Virus record (IMG/VR): IMGVR_UViG_3300021440_000003
Coordinates: 1-64,000 of that record
DNA: 64,000 bases
DNA from: a virus
Reading direction: 5' to 3' (one strand)
The translations under genes were made by a program, and so were the position numbers. This document shows, one piece after another, positions 27,092-36,135 of this stretch. The stretch's first letter is position 1. The number at the start of each line of letters is the position of its first letter. The notes under the pieces were generated by a model, which saw nothing but the letters and a program-made list of their open reading frames with translations, did not search any database and was not told the DNA's origin.

Positions 27092-27969
27092 TGACACCAA
27101 CCCTTGCCCAAGACATTGAGAAGTGCAAGCTCACGTTCCCGATGATCGCCCAGCCCAAGATCGACGGTGTGCGGGCTTGCTACATCGAGTCCTTCACAGG
27201 GCGATCACTCAAGCCGTTCAAAAACAAGGCGGTCATGGAGATCTTCTCCGACCCCAAGTTCAAGCACTTCGATGGCGAGATGGCTTGGGGCTCCATCAAC
27301 TCATCCTCGCTGTGCCGGGATACGACTTCGGTGCTCAACACCGTGAACGGCTCGGCAGACGACGTGGTGTGGCATGTTTTTGACATCACGGACCACCAGG
27401 ACTGGACCTACTCTCAACGCTACTCCGAGCTGCTGTCCCGTGTGGCTACCCTGCAAGACCCCCGCATCGTGGCCGTGCCCAAGCAGGTGGTGTGGACCAA
27501 GGCGGAGATCGACAGCTTGGACGCTGCGTGGGTCTCCGAAGGCATGGAGGGCACCATCCTGCGCAACCCGCTGGCCCCGTACAAGTCTGGTCGGTCTGGC
27601 ACATCCTGCGGCAGCTTGATTCGCGTCAAGCAGTTCGCAGATGCCGAGGCCACCGTGGTGCGCGTCGTGCAAGCGATGGAAAACCGCAACGAAGCCAAGA
27701 TCAACGAACTTGGCCACACCGAGCGGTCCTCGCACCAGGAAAACATGGTGCCCAAGGACATGGTGGGGGCTCTGGAGTGTGTCACAGCAAGCGGGCAGGC
27801 CATCACGGTCGGCCCCGGCAAGATGACGCACGACGAGCGCCGACACTTCTGGGCCAACCAAGACTTGCTGGTGGGCAAGCTCATCAAGTTCAAGTCGATG
27901 GTCAGCGGGGTCAAGGACAAGCCTCGCTTCCCGACATTTTTGTCACTTCGCATGGAGGAAGACACGTGA
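27091..27969 (+). CDS. ATP-dependent DNA ligase
   Basis: KIDGVR, FDGE, EGTILR, PRFP. Confidence 0.9.
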   Translation: MTPTLAQDIEKCKLTFPMIAQPKIDGVRACYIESFTGRSLKPFKNKAVMEIFSDPKFKHFDGEMAWGSINSSSLCRDTTSVLNTVNGSADDVVWHVFDITDHQDWTYSQRYSELLSRVATLQDPRIVAVPKQVVWTKAEIDSLDAAWVSEGMEGTILRNPLAPYKSGRSGTSCGSLIRVKQFADAEATVVRVVQAMENRNEAKINELGHTERSSHQENMVPKDMVGALECVTASGQAITVGPGKMTHDERRHFWANQDLLVGKLIKFKSMVSGVKDKPRFPTFLSLRMEEDT

Positions 27970-28376
27970 CCTTCGCAAACCGTGGCAAGGCGGCGGAAGC
28001 CGCCGTCAAGAAGTACCTGAAGTCCATCGACGCGGTGGACACCATCCACTACCGCTACCCGGACTTCCGGGCTGGGTTCAAGTCCCCCGCACCGTGCGAC
28101 TTCATGGTGCTGCGTCAAGGCAAGCTGACCTTGCTGGAAGTCAAGTCTGTGGAGCATGCGTACCGCTTGCCCCACAAAAATATGTCCCCTGACCAAGTGG
28201 CCCGCATGAGGATGTGGGCTTGTGCTGGGGCTGAGTCGTGGGTTCTGGTCCAGTTCACCACCGGGTGGAGGGCCGAATCCGTTGAGCATTTTCTGGTGCG
28301 CGATGGTGGCAGTTGGGACATGAGCCTGATTGAGCCGCGCCCGCTGGTTGCAGTGATGAAGGAGATCCTGTGCTGA
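27966..28376 (+). CDS. PD-(D/E)xK Holliday junction resolvase (RecU-like)
   Basis: NRGKAAE, PCDF, LEVKS, Q motif. Confidence 0.7.
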   Translation: MTFANRGKAAEAAVKKYLKSIDAVDTIHYRYPDFRAGFKSPAPCDFMVLRQGKLTLLEVKSVEHAYRLPHKNMSPDQVARMRMWACAGAESWVLVQFTTGWRAESVEHFLVRDGGSWDMSLIEPRPLVAVMKEILC

Positions 28377-29365
28377 CCGTTTTCAACGACCTACACCTCG
28401 GAGCAATTCGCAGCTCCGGCACCACCGCGCAGTCGGCCATCGCCCTGCGCAGCTACGGCATCGACAGCTACATTGACCTGCTGCAAGGCGTCAACAATGA
28501 CGTGATGCTGCTGGGCGACTGGCTCGATACCTACAACATCCCCATGAGCGATGTGCTGAAGGTGTACTGGGCCACGGCCGAGTGGCTGGCCAAGGGCTAC
28601 CACCTGTACGCAGTCAACGGCAACCACGACTTGTCCAAGTCCTCCGAAAACTTGTCCTCCATGGAGTTCTTGTGCAAGCTGCTCGGTGCCCACTACCCAT
28701 ACACCTTCCACCACGTGGCCGCCCCTACGATGACGCCTCACGGCTACGTCATCCCGCACCTGACCAACCAGCAAGAGTTTGATGACGCCCTGGCTGGCGT
28801 CCCTGCATGCGATGTGGTGTACACCCACTGCAACATCTCCAACGAGTTCGCCAAGCAGGCCGACCATTCGCTGAACATGACGATCGGGCAGCTCAATAAG
28901 CTGCCCTGCAAGCATGTGGTGAATGCCCACGAGCACCAGACCCGCAGGATTGGCAAGTGTTGGATTCCTGGCAACCAAATCCCGACCAGCGTATCCGACT
29001 GCCTCGGCAGCAAGGCCAAGTCCTTCATCCAAGTCGATGGCGGCGAGCCCCGCTTGGTGCAGATCAACTCGATCGCGCACTGGTACGCTGAAATTGACTG
29101 GCGCAGCCCGGTTCCCACGCAAGCCCAGTTCGTGCGCATGGTGGGCACAGCGACTGCCGATGAAGCAGTGCTGGTGGCCACAGCGGTCGCGGACTACCGC
29201 CGCTCCTCCCAAGCCTTCGTCGTGGCCAACGCTGTCGTGATCGACTCGGTGGATGGCGCGGACGTTGCCCAATCGCTTGAGCAGGTCGAAGCCTTCGACG
29301 TGATGGGGGCGCTGCGCGAGATTTTGTCCCCTGAAGACATGAAAACCCTGGAGAGCCTGAAGTAA
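28370..29365 (+). CDS. Mre11/SbcD-like metallophosphoesterase nuclease
   Basis: DLHLG, LGD, GNHD, AHEH; adjacent to a Rad50-like gene. Confidence 0.9.
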   Translation: MLTVFNDLHLGAIRSSGTTAQSAIALRSYGIDSYIDLLQGVNNDVMLLGDWLDTYNIPMSDVLKVYWATAEWLAKGYHLYAVNGNHDLSKSSENLSSMEFLCKLLGAHYPYTFHHVAAPTMTPHGYVIPHLTNQQEFDDALAGVPACDVVYTHCNISNEFAKQADHSLNMTIGQLNKLPCKHVVNAHEHQTRRIGKCWIPGNQIPTSVSDCLGSKAKSFIQVDGGEPRLVQINSIAHWYAEIDWRSPVPTQAQFVRMVGTATADEAVLVATAVADYRRSSQAFVVANAVVIDSVDGADVAQSLEQVEAFDVMGALREILSPEDMKTLESLK

Positions 29366-31399
29366 ATGTTCACCTCACTCAAACTCACCAACTTCCGCAA
29401 ACACACTGACCGCGAGATCAACTTCCTGTCGGACTTCAACGTGTTGCGTGGAAACAACGAACACGGCAAGACCACCGTGTCCGAAGCCATCGCCTATGCC
29501 ATGTTTGGGGTCTCGTCCCTGCGCACCTCGCTGGACGAGACGGTCACGTACGGCAAGCCTGTCAGCTCCTTGCGTGTCGAGCTTGTGGTGTCCATCGACG
29601 GTGTGGACTACCATGTGTCCCGGGGCAAGAGCGGCGCGGAGATCCGCTACGGTGACCAGCACGTGACTGGCCAGACGGAGACCAAGGCGTTCATGGAACG
29701 CTTGCTGGGCACGTCCTCGCAGATGGCAGGCAAGCTGCTGTTCGCCAACCAGACGGAAATCCGAGGAATCCTGGCGCAAGGCCCGGCCGCTGCCAGCTCC
29801 CTGATCGAGACCTTGGCCAATCTCCAAGTTCTGGAGACCCTTGTGGAGAAGATCCAGGACCAGCTTCCCTGTGGCAATACCTCGATCTTGTCAGGCCAGC
29901 TGTCCGACCTGCGGGCCAAGGCGGGTGCCCCAGCACCGGCCGCGCCCTCACGGGAACTTGCTGACGCTGCGGAGCAGCACGTCTCTACCGTGGCCGACCG
30001 TTTGTCCCGCATGGAGGCAAACTTGTCCAGCCTGAAGGGCTCGTGGGTACAGGCAACGGAGGATCTGCAAGAGGCTCGCCAAGCACTGTTGAACAACGAG
30101 CGAGTGGCCAAGCGTCGCGCAGTGCTGGAGCAAGTCAGCCACCCAGGTGACGCTACAGTCTCGCAAGAGACACTTGACAACTTGATTCGTCAAGTCGCAC
30201 AGGAGACCACCACCCGGGAACTTTACGACGCCAGCCAGATCGTGTTTCCCGACTGCCCTCGCTTCGATGGCACGGTGGCCGAGTTCGAGGCTGCCAAGCA
30301 GACGGCCGACTGGGACAATATCGCTGCTCAGGAAGCCCTACGGAACATCATGGTGTCTGAGGCTCAAGCCGAGGCCAAGATGATTTCTGACGACGTGTGC
30401 CCCCTGTGCAAGCAGGACCTGTCCATGGTGCCGGAAGTGGCCGCCAGCAACCTCAAGATCACCGAGGAGCTGGCCCAGCTTGAGCAGATGCGGGAGATTG
30501 CTACAAAGCAGCTTACCGCCGCCCGCTTGCTGTGCGCGACCTACGCGGACATGGAAGCGGACGACCGCCGCATCCGCCGCTTGATGACGCCACACTGGAA
30601 GGCTGGTGACACCATGCCAGTGACGCCACAGTGGGTGCACGGCGTGATTGAGAAGCCGGGCAACACCAAGTCGGCTCTGGCCGATGCCCGTCTGGCAGTG
30701 CGCGGCCACCAAGAGGCCATGGCCAAGTGGGATGCCGCCCAGGCGGAACTGGCGTCCCTGAAGGACGTGTCGGTGATCGACACCGCCAAGGCGGAGGTTG
30801 CCATTGGTGCCTACGAGGAGGCCAAACGTATTGTTGAACAAGAGCGTGGAACACTGGCCGATGCCAAAGTCCACGCGGCAAAGGAAACCGCAGCCTTTTC
30901 CATTGCCAAGGCGGCGTATGACCGCCAAGTGTTGGACCGCGCCAGCTTGGCCGAGCAGATCGAGAAGACGAAAACCATGATCGAGACCATGACTCACCAC
31001 AATGAGCTGGTAAAGAAGCTGCGTGCAGCCCGTCCGGTCATCGCCAACAAACTCTGGACGACCGTGCTCGGCACTGTGGGCCACTACTTCTCACAAGTCC
31101 GTGGAACCCGCAGCATGGTGACCCGGGACAGCGACGGCTTCAAGGTCGATGGCCAAGGGGTAGGCGGCTTGTCCGGCTCCACTTTGGACGCCCTCGGGCT
31201 GGCCCTGCGCCTTGCCTTGGTAAAGACGTTCGTACCCACTGCCAGCTTCTTGGCCTTGGACGAACCAGCAGCCGCGTGTGACAGCACACGAGAGCTGGCC
31301 ATGCTCGGCACCATCGCTGGTGCTGGATTCGAGCAAGTCCTGCTGGTCACGCACAGCGATCTGGCCGACAGCTTTGCAACTCAAGTCATCCAACTTTAA
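29366..31399 (+). CDS. Rad50/SbcC-like SMC ATPase
   Basis: GNNEHGKTT, coiled coil with CPLC hook, LSGS signature, LDEP, VTH. Confidence 0.9.
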   Translation: MFTSLKLTNFRKHTDREINFLSDFNVLRGNNEHGKTTVSEAIAYAMFGVSSLRTSLDETVTYGKPVSSLRVELVVSIDGVDYHVSRGKSGAEIRYGDQHVTGQTETKAFMERLLGTSSQMAGKLLFANQTEIRGILAQGPAAASSLIETLANLQVLETLVEKIQDQLPCGNTSILSGQLSDLRAKAGAPAPAAPSRELADAAEQHVSTVADRLSRMEANLSSLKGSWVQATEDLQEARQALLNNERVAKRRAVLEQVSHPGDATVSQETLDNLIRQVAQETTTRELYDASQIVFPDCPRFDGTVAEFEAAKQTADWDNIAAQEALRNIMVSEAQAEAKMISDDVCPLCKQDLSMVPEVAASNLKITEELAQLEQMREIATKQLTAARLLCATYADMEADDRRIRRLMTPHWKAGDTMPVTPQWVHGVIEKPGNTKSALADARLAVRGHQEAMAKWDAAQAELASLKDVSVIDTAKAEVAIGAYEEAKRIVEQERGTLADAKVHAAKETAAFSIAKAAYDRQVLDRASLAEQIEKTKTMIETMTHHNELVKKLRAARPVIANKLWTTVLGTVGHYFSQVRGTRSMVTRDSDGFKVDGQGVGGLSGSTLDALGLALRLALVKTFVPTASFLALDEPAAACDSTRELAMLGTIAGAGFEQVLLVTHSDLADSFATQVIQL

Positions 31400-31408
31400 G
31401 GAGCCACT

Positions 31409-31705
31409 ATGAAACGTACTGTGAAACAACCCGAAGGCCGCAAGCTCGATACTGGAAAGCTGCGATGGTCGCTGCTGCCACTGGGCACTGTGGCCTCGAT
31501 CATCGACGTGCTGGAGTTCGGCGCCCAGAAATACGACGTGGACAACTGGAAGAAGGTACCCGATGGCAAGCGTAGATACTACGACGCGCTCATGCGCCAC
31601 ATGGACGCTTGGATTGGCGGCGAGAAGCTGGACCCCGAGTCCGGCCGCAGCCACCTTGCCCACGCCGGGTGCTGCATCCTGTTCCTGCTGTTCCTGGACC
31701 GCTGA
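31409..31705 (+). CDS. dATP/dGTP diphosphohydrolase domain protein (DUF5664-like)
   Basis: GRKLDTGKLRWSLLP, FGAQKY..DNW, ALMRH, DPESGRSHLAHA. Confidence 0.85.
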   Translation: MKRTVKQPEGRKLDTGKLRWSLLPLGTVASIIDVLEFGAQKYDVDNWKKVPDGKRRYYDALMRHMDAWIGGEKLDPESGRSHLAHAGCCILFLLFLDR

Positions 31706-32091
31706 TGCGACGTCGGGTACAGAAAGTCAATCCTCTGGTGCACAAGGTTGCGCTCAACAACCTGCGCCAGAAGGTGGTGGACATGCGAATCCAGCTGCTG
31801 ATGCTGGATGACGGAGAGTCCTGCGCGACCCATGTGCTGCTGCTCAACCAGCAGATCACGGTCCTGTCCCTGGCCCTGGAGGCCCGACAGATGCAGGACT
31901 CCGAGCCGTACCAAGCCTTGGCGGCCGCGCACGGTGTATTCCGGGCGTGCGCCGAGGGCGGGTTCAAGTGGAACAAGTCGGACGCGATGGTCGTCGATCA
32001 GGCGCTCGGTGTGTTTCTGGAATGGACAGGCAAGCTGCCGGTGGCCGAACTTGTAGAGGCTACCCGAAAAATGCTTGCCGCATCAACGTAG
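31705..32091 (+). CDS. Hypothetical protein
   Basis: TGATG-coupled; last gene of the + arm. Confidence 0.6.
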   Translation: MRRRVQKVNPLVHKVALNNLRQKVVDMRIQLLMLDDGESCATHVLLLNQQITVLSLALEARQMQDSEPYQALAAAHGVFRACAEGGFKWNKSDAMVVDQALGVFLEWTGKLPVAELVEATRKMLAAST

Positions 32092-32533
32092 CCTCGGCCT
32101 GCCGCCTGCGTTGCAGGCCCTTGTACACGACCCCACCGGCCGTGTCCGGCTTCGTAATCAAGTCGCAGGCATCGGCCAGCCGTCCCTCGTTCAAGGCGCG
32201 ACGCAAGCGGCTGGCCTTGAACGCGCCCAACCCGCAGTTGTAGGACCAGCTGGTGCAAGCTGCGTGAGCAAGTGGGTGCTCCAACAGCATGGGCGCAAGA
32301 CTTGCCACCCTCAAGCCATACGCCTGTGTGGCGGCCACCAGTTCAGCGTACGCGTCTTGCTTGGATATGGGTTTGGTGCCCTTGCTGATTCCTGTCGTCA
32401 TGCCGTAGCCTCTGGTCCAGACGGGCGGCTTGGCCAAGGTGTCCAAGTAGGGGTACACCTTGTCACCGCGCAAGACCTGGCACCCTTCAAAGGGCGCGAT
32501 CAGGGCAGTGGCCGTTTCGTACCAGGTGACCAC
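32060..32533 (-). CDS. Endolysin, GH24 lysozyme
   Basis: FEG, PYLD...WTRGYG, SWSYNCG, GLQRRRQAE. Confidence 0.9.
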   Translation of the reverse strand: MVTWYETATALIAPFEGCQVLRGDKVYPYLDTLAKPPVWTRGYGMTTGISKGTKPISKQDAYAELVAATQAYGLRVASLAPMLLEHPLAHAACTSWSYNCGLGAFKASRLRRALNEGRLADACDLITKPDTAGGVVYKGLQRRRQAEATLMRQAFFG

Positions 32534-33013
32534 TTACTTCTTCCGCAGCCCACGGTCCATGAACCAGTAGCCGATGATGCTTCCCACGATACCACGGTCG
32601 AAGTCACCATAGATGGCCACGAAGGCAGTGGCCCAAGTCATGTTGGCCATCATGGCCAAGTAGAACAGCGCACACTTGTGCACCGTGTACATGATGATGC
32701 AGTGGTAGAACGTGAGCAGGGGCCGCATCGCTGCGGAGAACTTGGCCACCCAACCGCCCGCAGCGCGAGCTTCCGCTGTCTGGCTGGCCACGGCCACCTT
32801 CAAGGCATCCCACTCGGATGCGGATTCAGCCGCTTGAGCGTCCGCCCGGCGCATCTCGGCGTCATGGGCAAGCCGCTTGTCCTGGAGCTCGACTTGCACC
32901 ATCGTCATGCGGTGCTCGTGGTCTCGCTCCTTGTCTTTGTCCTTCAGGTCCATCCAGTGCTGAACAAGACGGCTTGCGCCGCCGAATACCAATCCCAGAA
33001 TTTCAAGCATCAT
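32534..33013 (-). CDS. Holin-like membrane protein
   Basis: Coiled coil, then MRPLLT and two TM segments, ending YWFMDR; next to the endolysin. Confidence 0.6.
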   Translation of the reverse strand: MMLEILGLVFGGASRLVQHWMDLKDKDKERDHEHRMTMVQVELQDKRLAHDAEMRRADAQAAESASEWDALKVAVASQTAEARAAGGWVAKFSAAMRPLLTFYHCIIMYTVHKCALFYLAMMANMTWATAFVAIYGDFDRGIVGSIIGYWFMDRGLRKK

Positions 33014-33267
33014 TCGCCTTTCGCCCGTATTTTCCGGGTAGTTTCAGCGGTGTACCCGGCCACCAGCCAAATGAAGATCTGCACCTTGTCGGCCGCGTAG
33101 TCGGTGCGCCAGAACTCGTAGGCCAAGCCCAAGGCGAAGATTGCCATACCGGCGAAGCACAGACGCTGAATGTTGGTGTCCTCAAACCGATGAGACCAGA
33201 CGGCGAGGAAGCTGCACGCCGAGATCAGTACCAAGGCGCAGCAAGTGGTGGTAAGCATCAGGTCCAT
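33010..33267 (-). CDS. Small multi-TM membrane protein (lysis cassette)
   Basis: Three hydrophobic segments. Confidence 0.6.
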   Translation of the reverse strand: MDLMLTTTCCALVLISACSFLAVWSHRFEDTNIQRLCFAGMAIFALGLAYEFWRTDYAADKVQIFIWLVAGYTAETTRKIRAKGE

Positions 33268-33273
33268 GGTCGT

Positions 33274-33576
33274 TCACTTCTTCGGGAGGAACCCACGAAT
33301 CATACTCTCTAAGTCCATCATGCGCACGGTGTCGTACACCTTTGAGCAGACGGCCATGCCGAAAAAGCCAACGAACAGCGAGGTCAACTCCAGTGGCAAG
33401 CCACTGCGTGTGGCCATCCACTGAGCACCATAGTATGACAAGGCGCAACCGCCCAGGAACATGGTGATCTTCTCGGGCATAGTGCCCTTCATGAAGGTGA
33501 AGGACAAGCAAGCCCCGATGAATCCCGCTGCCTTGGAGGCGAATACGTCGAGGTCAGGTATGGAAGAATGAGGCAT
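33274..33576 (-). CDS. Putative holin
   Basis: Three TM-like segments with a basic C-terminus; start 33576 or 33603. Confidence 0.55.
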   Translation of the reverse strand: MPHSSIPDLDVFASKAAGFIGACLSFTFMKGTMPEKITMFLGGCALSYYGAQWMATRSGLPLELTSLFVGFFGMAVCSKVYDTVRMMDLESMIRGFLPKK

Positions 33577-33599
33577 GGTGATGGTCAGTAGTGCAACGC

Positions 33600-34094
33600 T
33601 CATTGTTGCATGGTTTTGGTGCCATCAAATGCCATTATGGGCTGTTGCTGCGCTGCAAAATACCTGTAGAGGTCTGCCGGTGAGGGCGGTGCATCGCCAG
33701 AGTCCCACGGTGTGTTATGCCCACTGCACACCAGCAAGTTGTTGCACAGTTCGGAGCAGATCAGACCGCCTGCGTTGGGTGTCGAACGCCCAAACAGGTG
33801 GAAAAATGGGCGCAACGCGAACATCAGGTAGTCCAGATACCCGTAAGTGCCCAACTCTGAGCTGAGAGCCGACTCCAGAGTCTCTTTGGTCACCAAGGTT
33901 GGGAACAGCGCCACCTGCGATGTGGTGTACAAGGGCCAGGGCCAGGGCCGCCTGCGCATCAGCAGGTGCATGTCATAGAACATCTGCCCTTCCATGTCCA
34001 GAAACCCACAATGGTACGCTGGCAAGCCGGTCCAGAACTTGCACAGCTTGCCCGGGGTGGAATTTGGGTTGAGGATGACGGCGAGGTAGATCAT
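33600..34094 (-). CDS. Permuted papain-like (YiiX/NlpC-P60-related) protein
   Basis: N-terminal YHCG, Y.Y.D, ICSEL, C-terminal SPADL. Confidence 0.6.
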   Translation of the reverse strand: MIYLAVILNPNSTPGKLCKFWTGLPAYHCGFLDMEGQMFYDMHLLMRRRPWPWPLYTTSQVALFPTLVTKETLESALSSELGTYGYLDYLMFALRPFFHLFGRSTPNAGGLICSELCNNLLVCSGHNTPWDSGDAPPSPADLYRYFAAQQQPIMAFDGTKTMQQ

Positions 34095-34363
34095 TGTGCG
34101 ACAAAAATGTTCTCGAAGACTGTTCCATCTTCTACCGCCTCAATTTCGTGCCACGCATTCTCTTTCAGGACAATGGGCGTGGTGCTCTTGTCAGCGAACA
34201 TCTCTAAGTTTTCTTTGCGAATGATGACCTTGCCAGCGTGGCACACCGTTGCATGCTGGAAAGTGTGTTCGTGCCTTGGCAAGCCTTCCCCAGCTTTGCA
34301 GTGGTACACGTTGTGAGTACACCCAGCATAGGTGAAGGTATGTGCTGGTATGGTGGGAATCAT
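34091..34363 (-). CDS. Cupin-fold protein
   Basis: PRHEHTFQH...GKV...WHEIEAVED. Confidence 0.75.
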   Translation of the reverse strand: MIPTIPAHTFTYAGCTHNVYHCKAGEGLPRHEHTFQHATVCHAGKVIIRKENLEMFADKSTTPIVLKENAWHEIEAVEDGTVFENIFVAQ

Positions 34364-34779
34364 ACTGTCTGCATTCCGGTGCTGCGTAGGGACAAGGGCA
34401 AGATTTCCTCGGACCGGGCTTCAGAGATCAAGCCGAACGTCACGAGGGCTTCCATGCCGGATGACATGCGAGGGTCGGAAAATACCACCTCTTGAGATGC
34501 CATCAACTTGTCATACCAGAGTCGAAGTGCAGGGGAAGACATTGCCGCAGTCACAATGGCAAGTTGTTCGGTATCCGTGAACTTCTCGATGAATTGCAGT
34601 GGGGTGCATTTGGTTTGCGGCACAGGTGCTTCTGCCGGTATAGCAGGCACGGGTTCATCAATGTGGTGGCCAATACCGATGTGGTCTGGGCACACTACCG
34701 AGTCCACAATCTCGCTCAGTGAGTCAACAATGACTGTGTTGATTACAATGCCGTCTTTGTTTAGAATTGCTACTCGCAT
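34360..34779 (-). CDS. Putative tail fibre-associated protein
   Basis: Downstream of the fibre gene; A.L..G.VINTVIV N-terminus. Confidence 0.55.
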   Translation of the reverse strand: MRVAILNKDGIVINTVIVDSLSEIVDSVVCPDHIGIGHHIDEPVPAIPAEAPVPQTKCTPLQFIEKFTDTEQLAIVTAAMSSPALRLWYDKLMASQEVVFSDPRMSSGMEALVTFGLISEARSEEILPLSLRSTGMQTV

Positions 34780-34780
34780 G

Positions 34781-36133
34781 TTAGATCATCTCGAAAAGAA
34801 TAATTTGACCGGGTTGCCCATTACTTGCACCGGTGCCACCATCCCCTGCTTGACCACCTGCAGCATACGGGCTGAAGCTGAGGTTGACTGTGGGGAATAA
34901 TACTTGCGCAGATGCACCGTATCCACCGGAGAATTGTGGAGAACCACAGCCTGCAACAGATCCAGAAGCTCCCGCGAGGAACTTCGGAGTTCCGGGAGAT
35001 TCGACACCCGGAGATAATGCAATAGCACTGACGTTTTGAGAGGTGGCGGCAAGCCCCCCGACTCCACCACTAAGACCAGAGGCTCCGGAGCCACCTGTGC
35101 CACCGCCACCCGCTCCATTGGATCCTGCGCTCGGCGCACCTGCACCACCGGCGTATCCATTACCGGCGCGCGAACCGGCTCCGCCGCCTCCACCACCCCC
35201 GCCGCCTGCGCCCCCGCTAGCTCCGCCAGAACCTCCAGTGGCGCTGAAAGTTCCACCGGAACCAACCCCACCGGCCCCACCGGCCCCATTAACGGTTCCA
35301 CCACTTGAACCAGTGACTGTCATCACATCAAACGTGGTAGTACCACCGGAGGTGTTGGTATTACCAGACATCGTACCTCCAGCGCCAATACTATAGGTAT
35401 ATGACGCAGCTGGTGTTGCATAGTATTTCTCGGAGTACCCGGGACCTCCAGCTCCACCAACGGAATAGCTAGGGGTAGTCCTACTAGCCGATCCTGTAGC
35501 ACCTGATACAAACACATACAACCGCTTCACATCAGAGGGTGTTGTATATACCGTACCAGATGTAAGGCTACGTACACGTATGCTACTACCACCAATACCA
35601 GTAAGAGCAGAACCGTCCACGGCAGGCAACTTGCCGGACGAATCCAACTGAACCACAGAGTTAGCACCTGTGCCCACGTTCAGCACCGCAGCTGTACCAA
35701 GACCAAGGTTGGACCTTGCACCCGCAGCCGTGCTGGGAACGTAACTCACGCACTGCCACCCATTGACCGTGCCCGAGGTCGTCTTCGGAGCGAAGATCGC
35801 TACATCCCCAGCCACCACGGAGATGTTGGCGCTGTTGGGCAGGAGCAAGGTGGTGGCGTTGTGGGTAAGCGTCGGTGTGCCGGAGAATCGCACGACCACA
35901 GGCCCTCGGTAGTTGGTGCCCAGGCTCGTGATCGACGCCGTGCCGGTGACAAGCAGCTTCATGCTTGCCTGTCCGCCAATGTCGATTGTGGCGGATGCCA
36001 CGACGCTGACTTCGGCAGCTTGGTACGCCTCGTTGAGAACGTCCCAGATGGTGCCAAGAGAGGCTCTGGCAACGCCGTTGGTTGGGTTAGGGTAGGTGTC
36101 GCTTACACCTGTTCGTGCGGGAAGCATCGTCAT
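34781..36133 (-). CDS. Glycine-rich tail fibre protein
   Basis: ARSNLGLGTAA, GKLPAVDGS linker, Gly-rich C-terminal domain. Confidence 0.75.
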   Translation of the reverse strand: MTMLPARTGVSDTYPNPTNGVARASLGTIWDVLNEAYQAAEVSVVASATIDIGGQASMKLLVTGTASITSLGTNYRGPVVVRFSGTPTLTHNATTLLLPNSANISVVAGDVAIFAPKTTSGTVNGWQCVSYVPSTAAGARSNLGLGTAAVLNVGTGANSVVQLDSSGKLPAVDGSALTGIGGSSIRVRSLTSGTVYTTPSDVKRLYVFVSGATGSASRTTPSYSVGGAGGPGYSEKYYATPAASYTYSIGAGGTMSGNTNTSGGTTTFDVMTVTGSSGGTVNGAGGAGGVGSGGTFSATGGSGGASGGAGGGGGGGGGAGSRAGNGYAGGAGAPSAGSNGAGGGGTGGSGASGLSGGVGGLAATSQNVSAIALSPGVESPGTPKFLAGASGSVAGCGSPQFSGGYGASAQVLFPTVNLSFSPYAAGGQAGDGGTGASNGQPGQIILFEMI

Positions 36134-36135
36134 TT

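Noticed and set aside
20943-31705. Z-genome (2-aminoadenine) pathway
   Set aside because: No PurZ or HD-domain DatZ recognisable in this window
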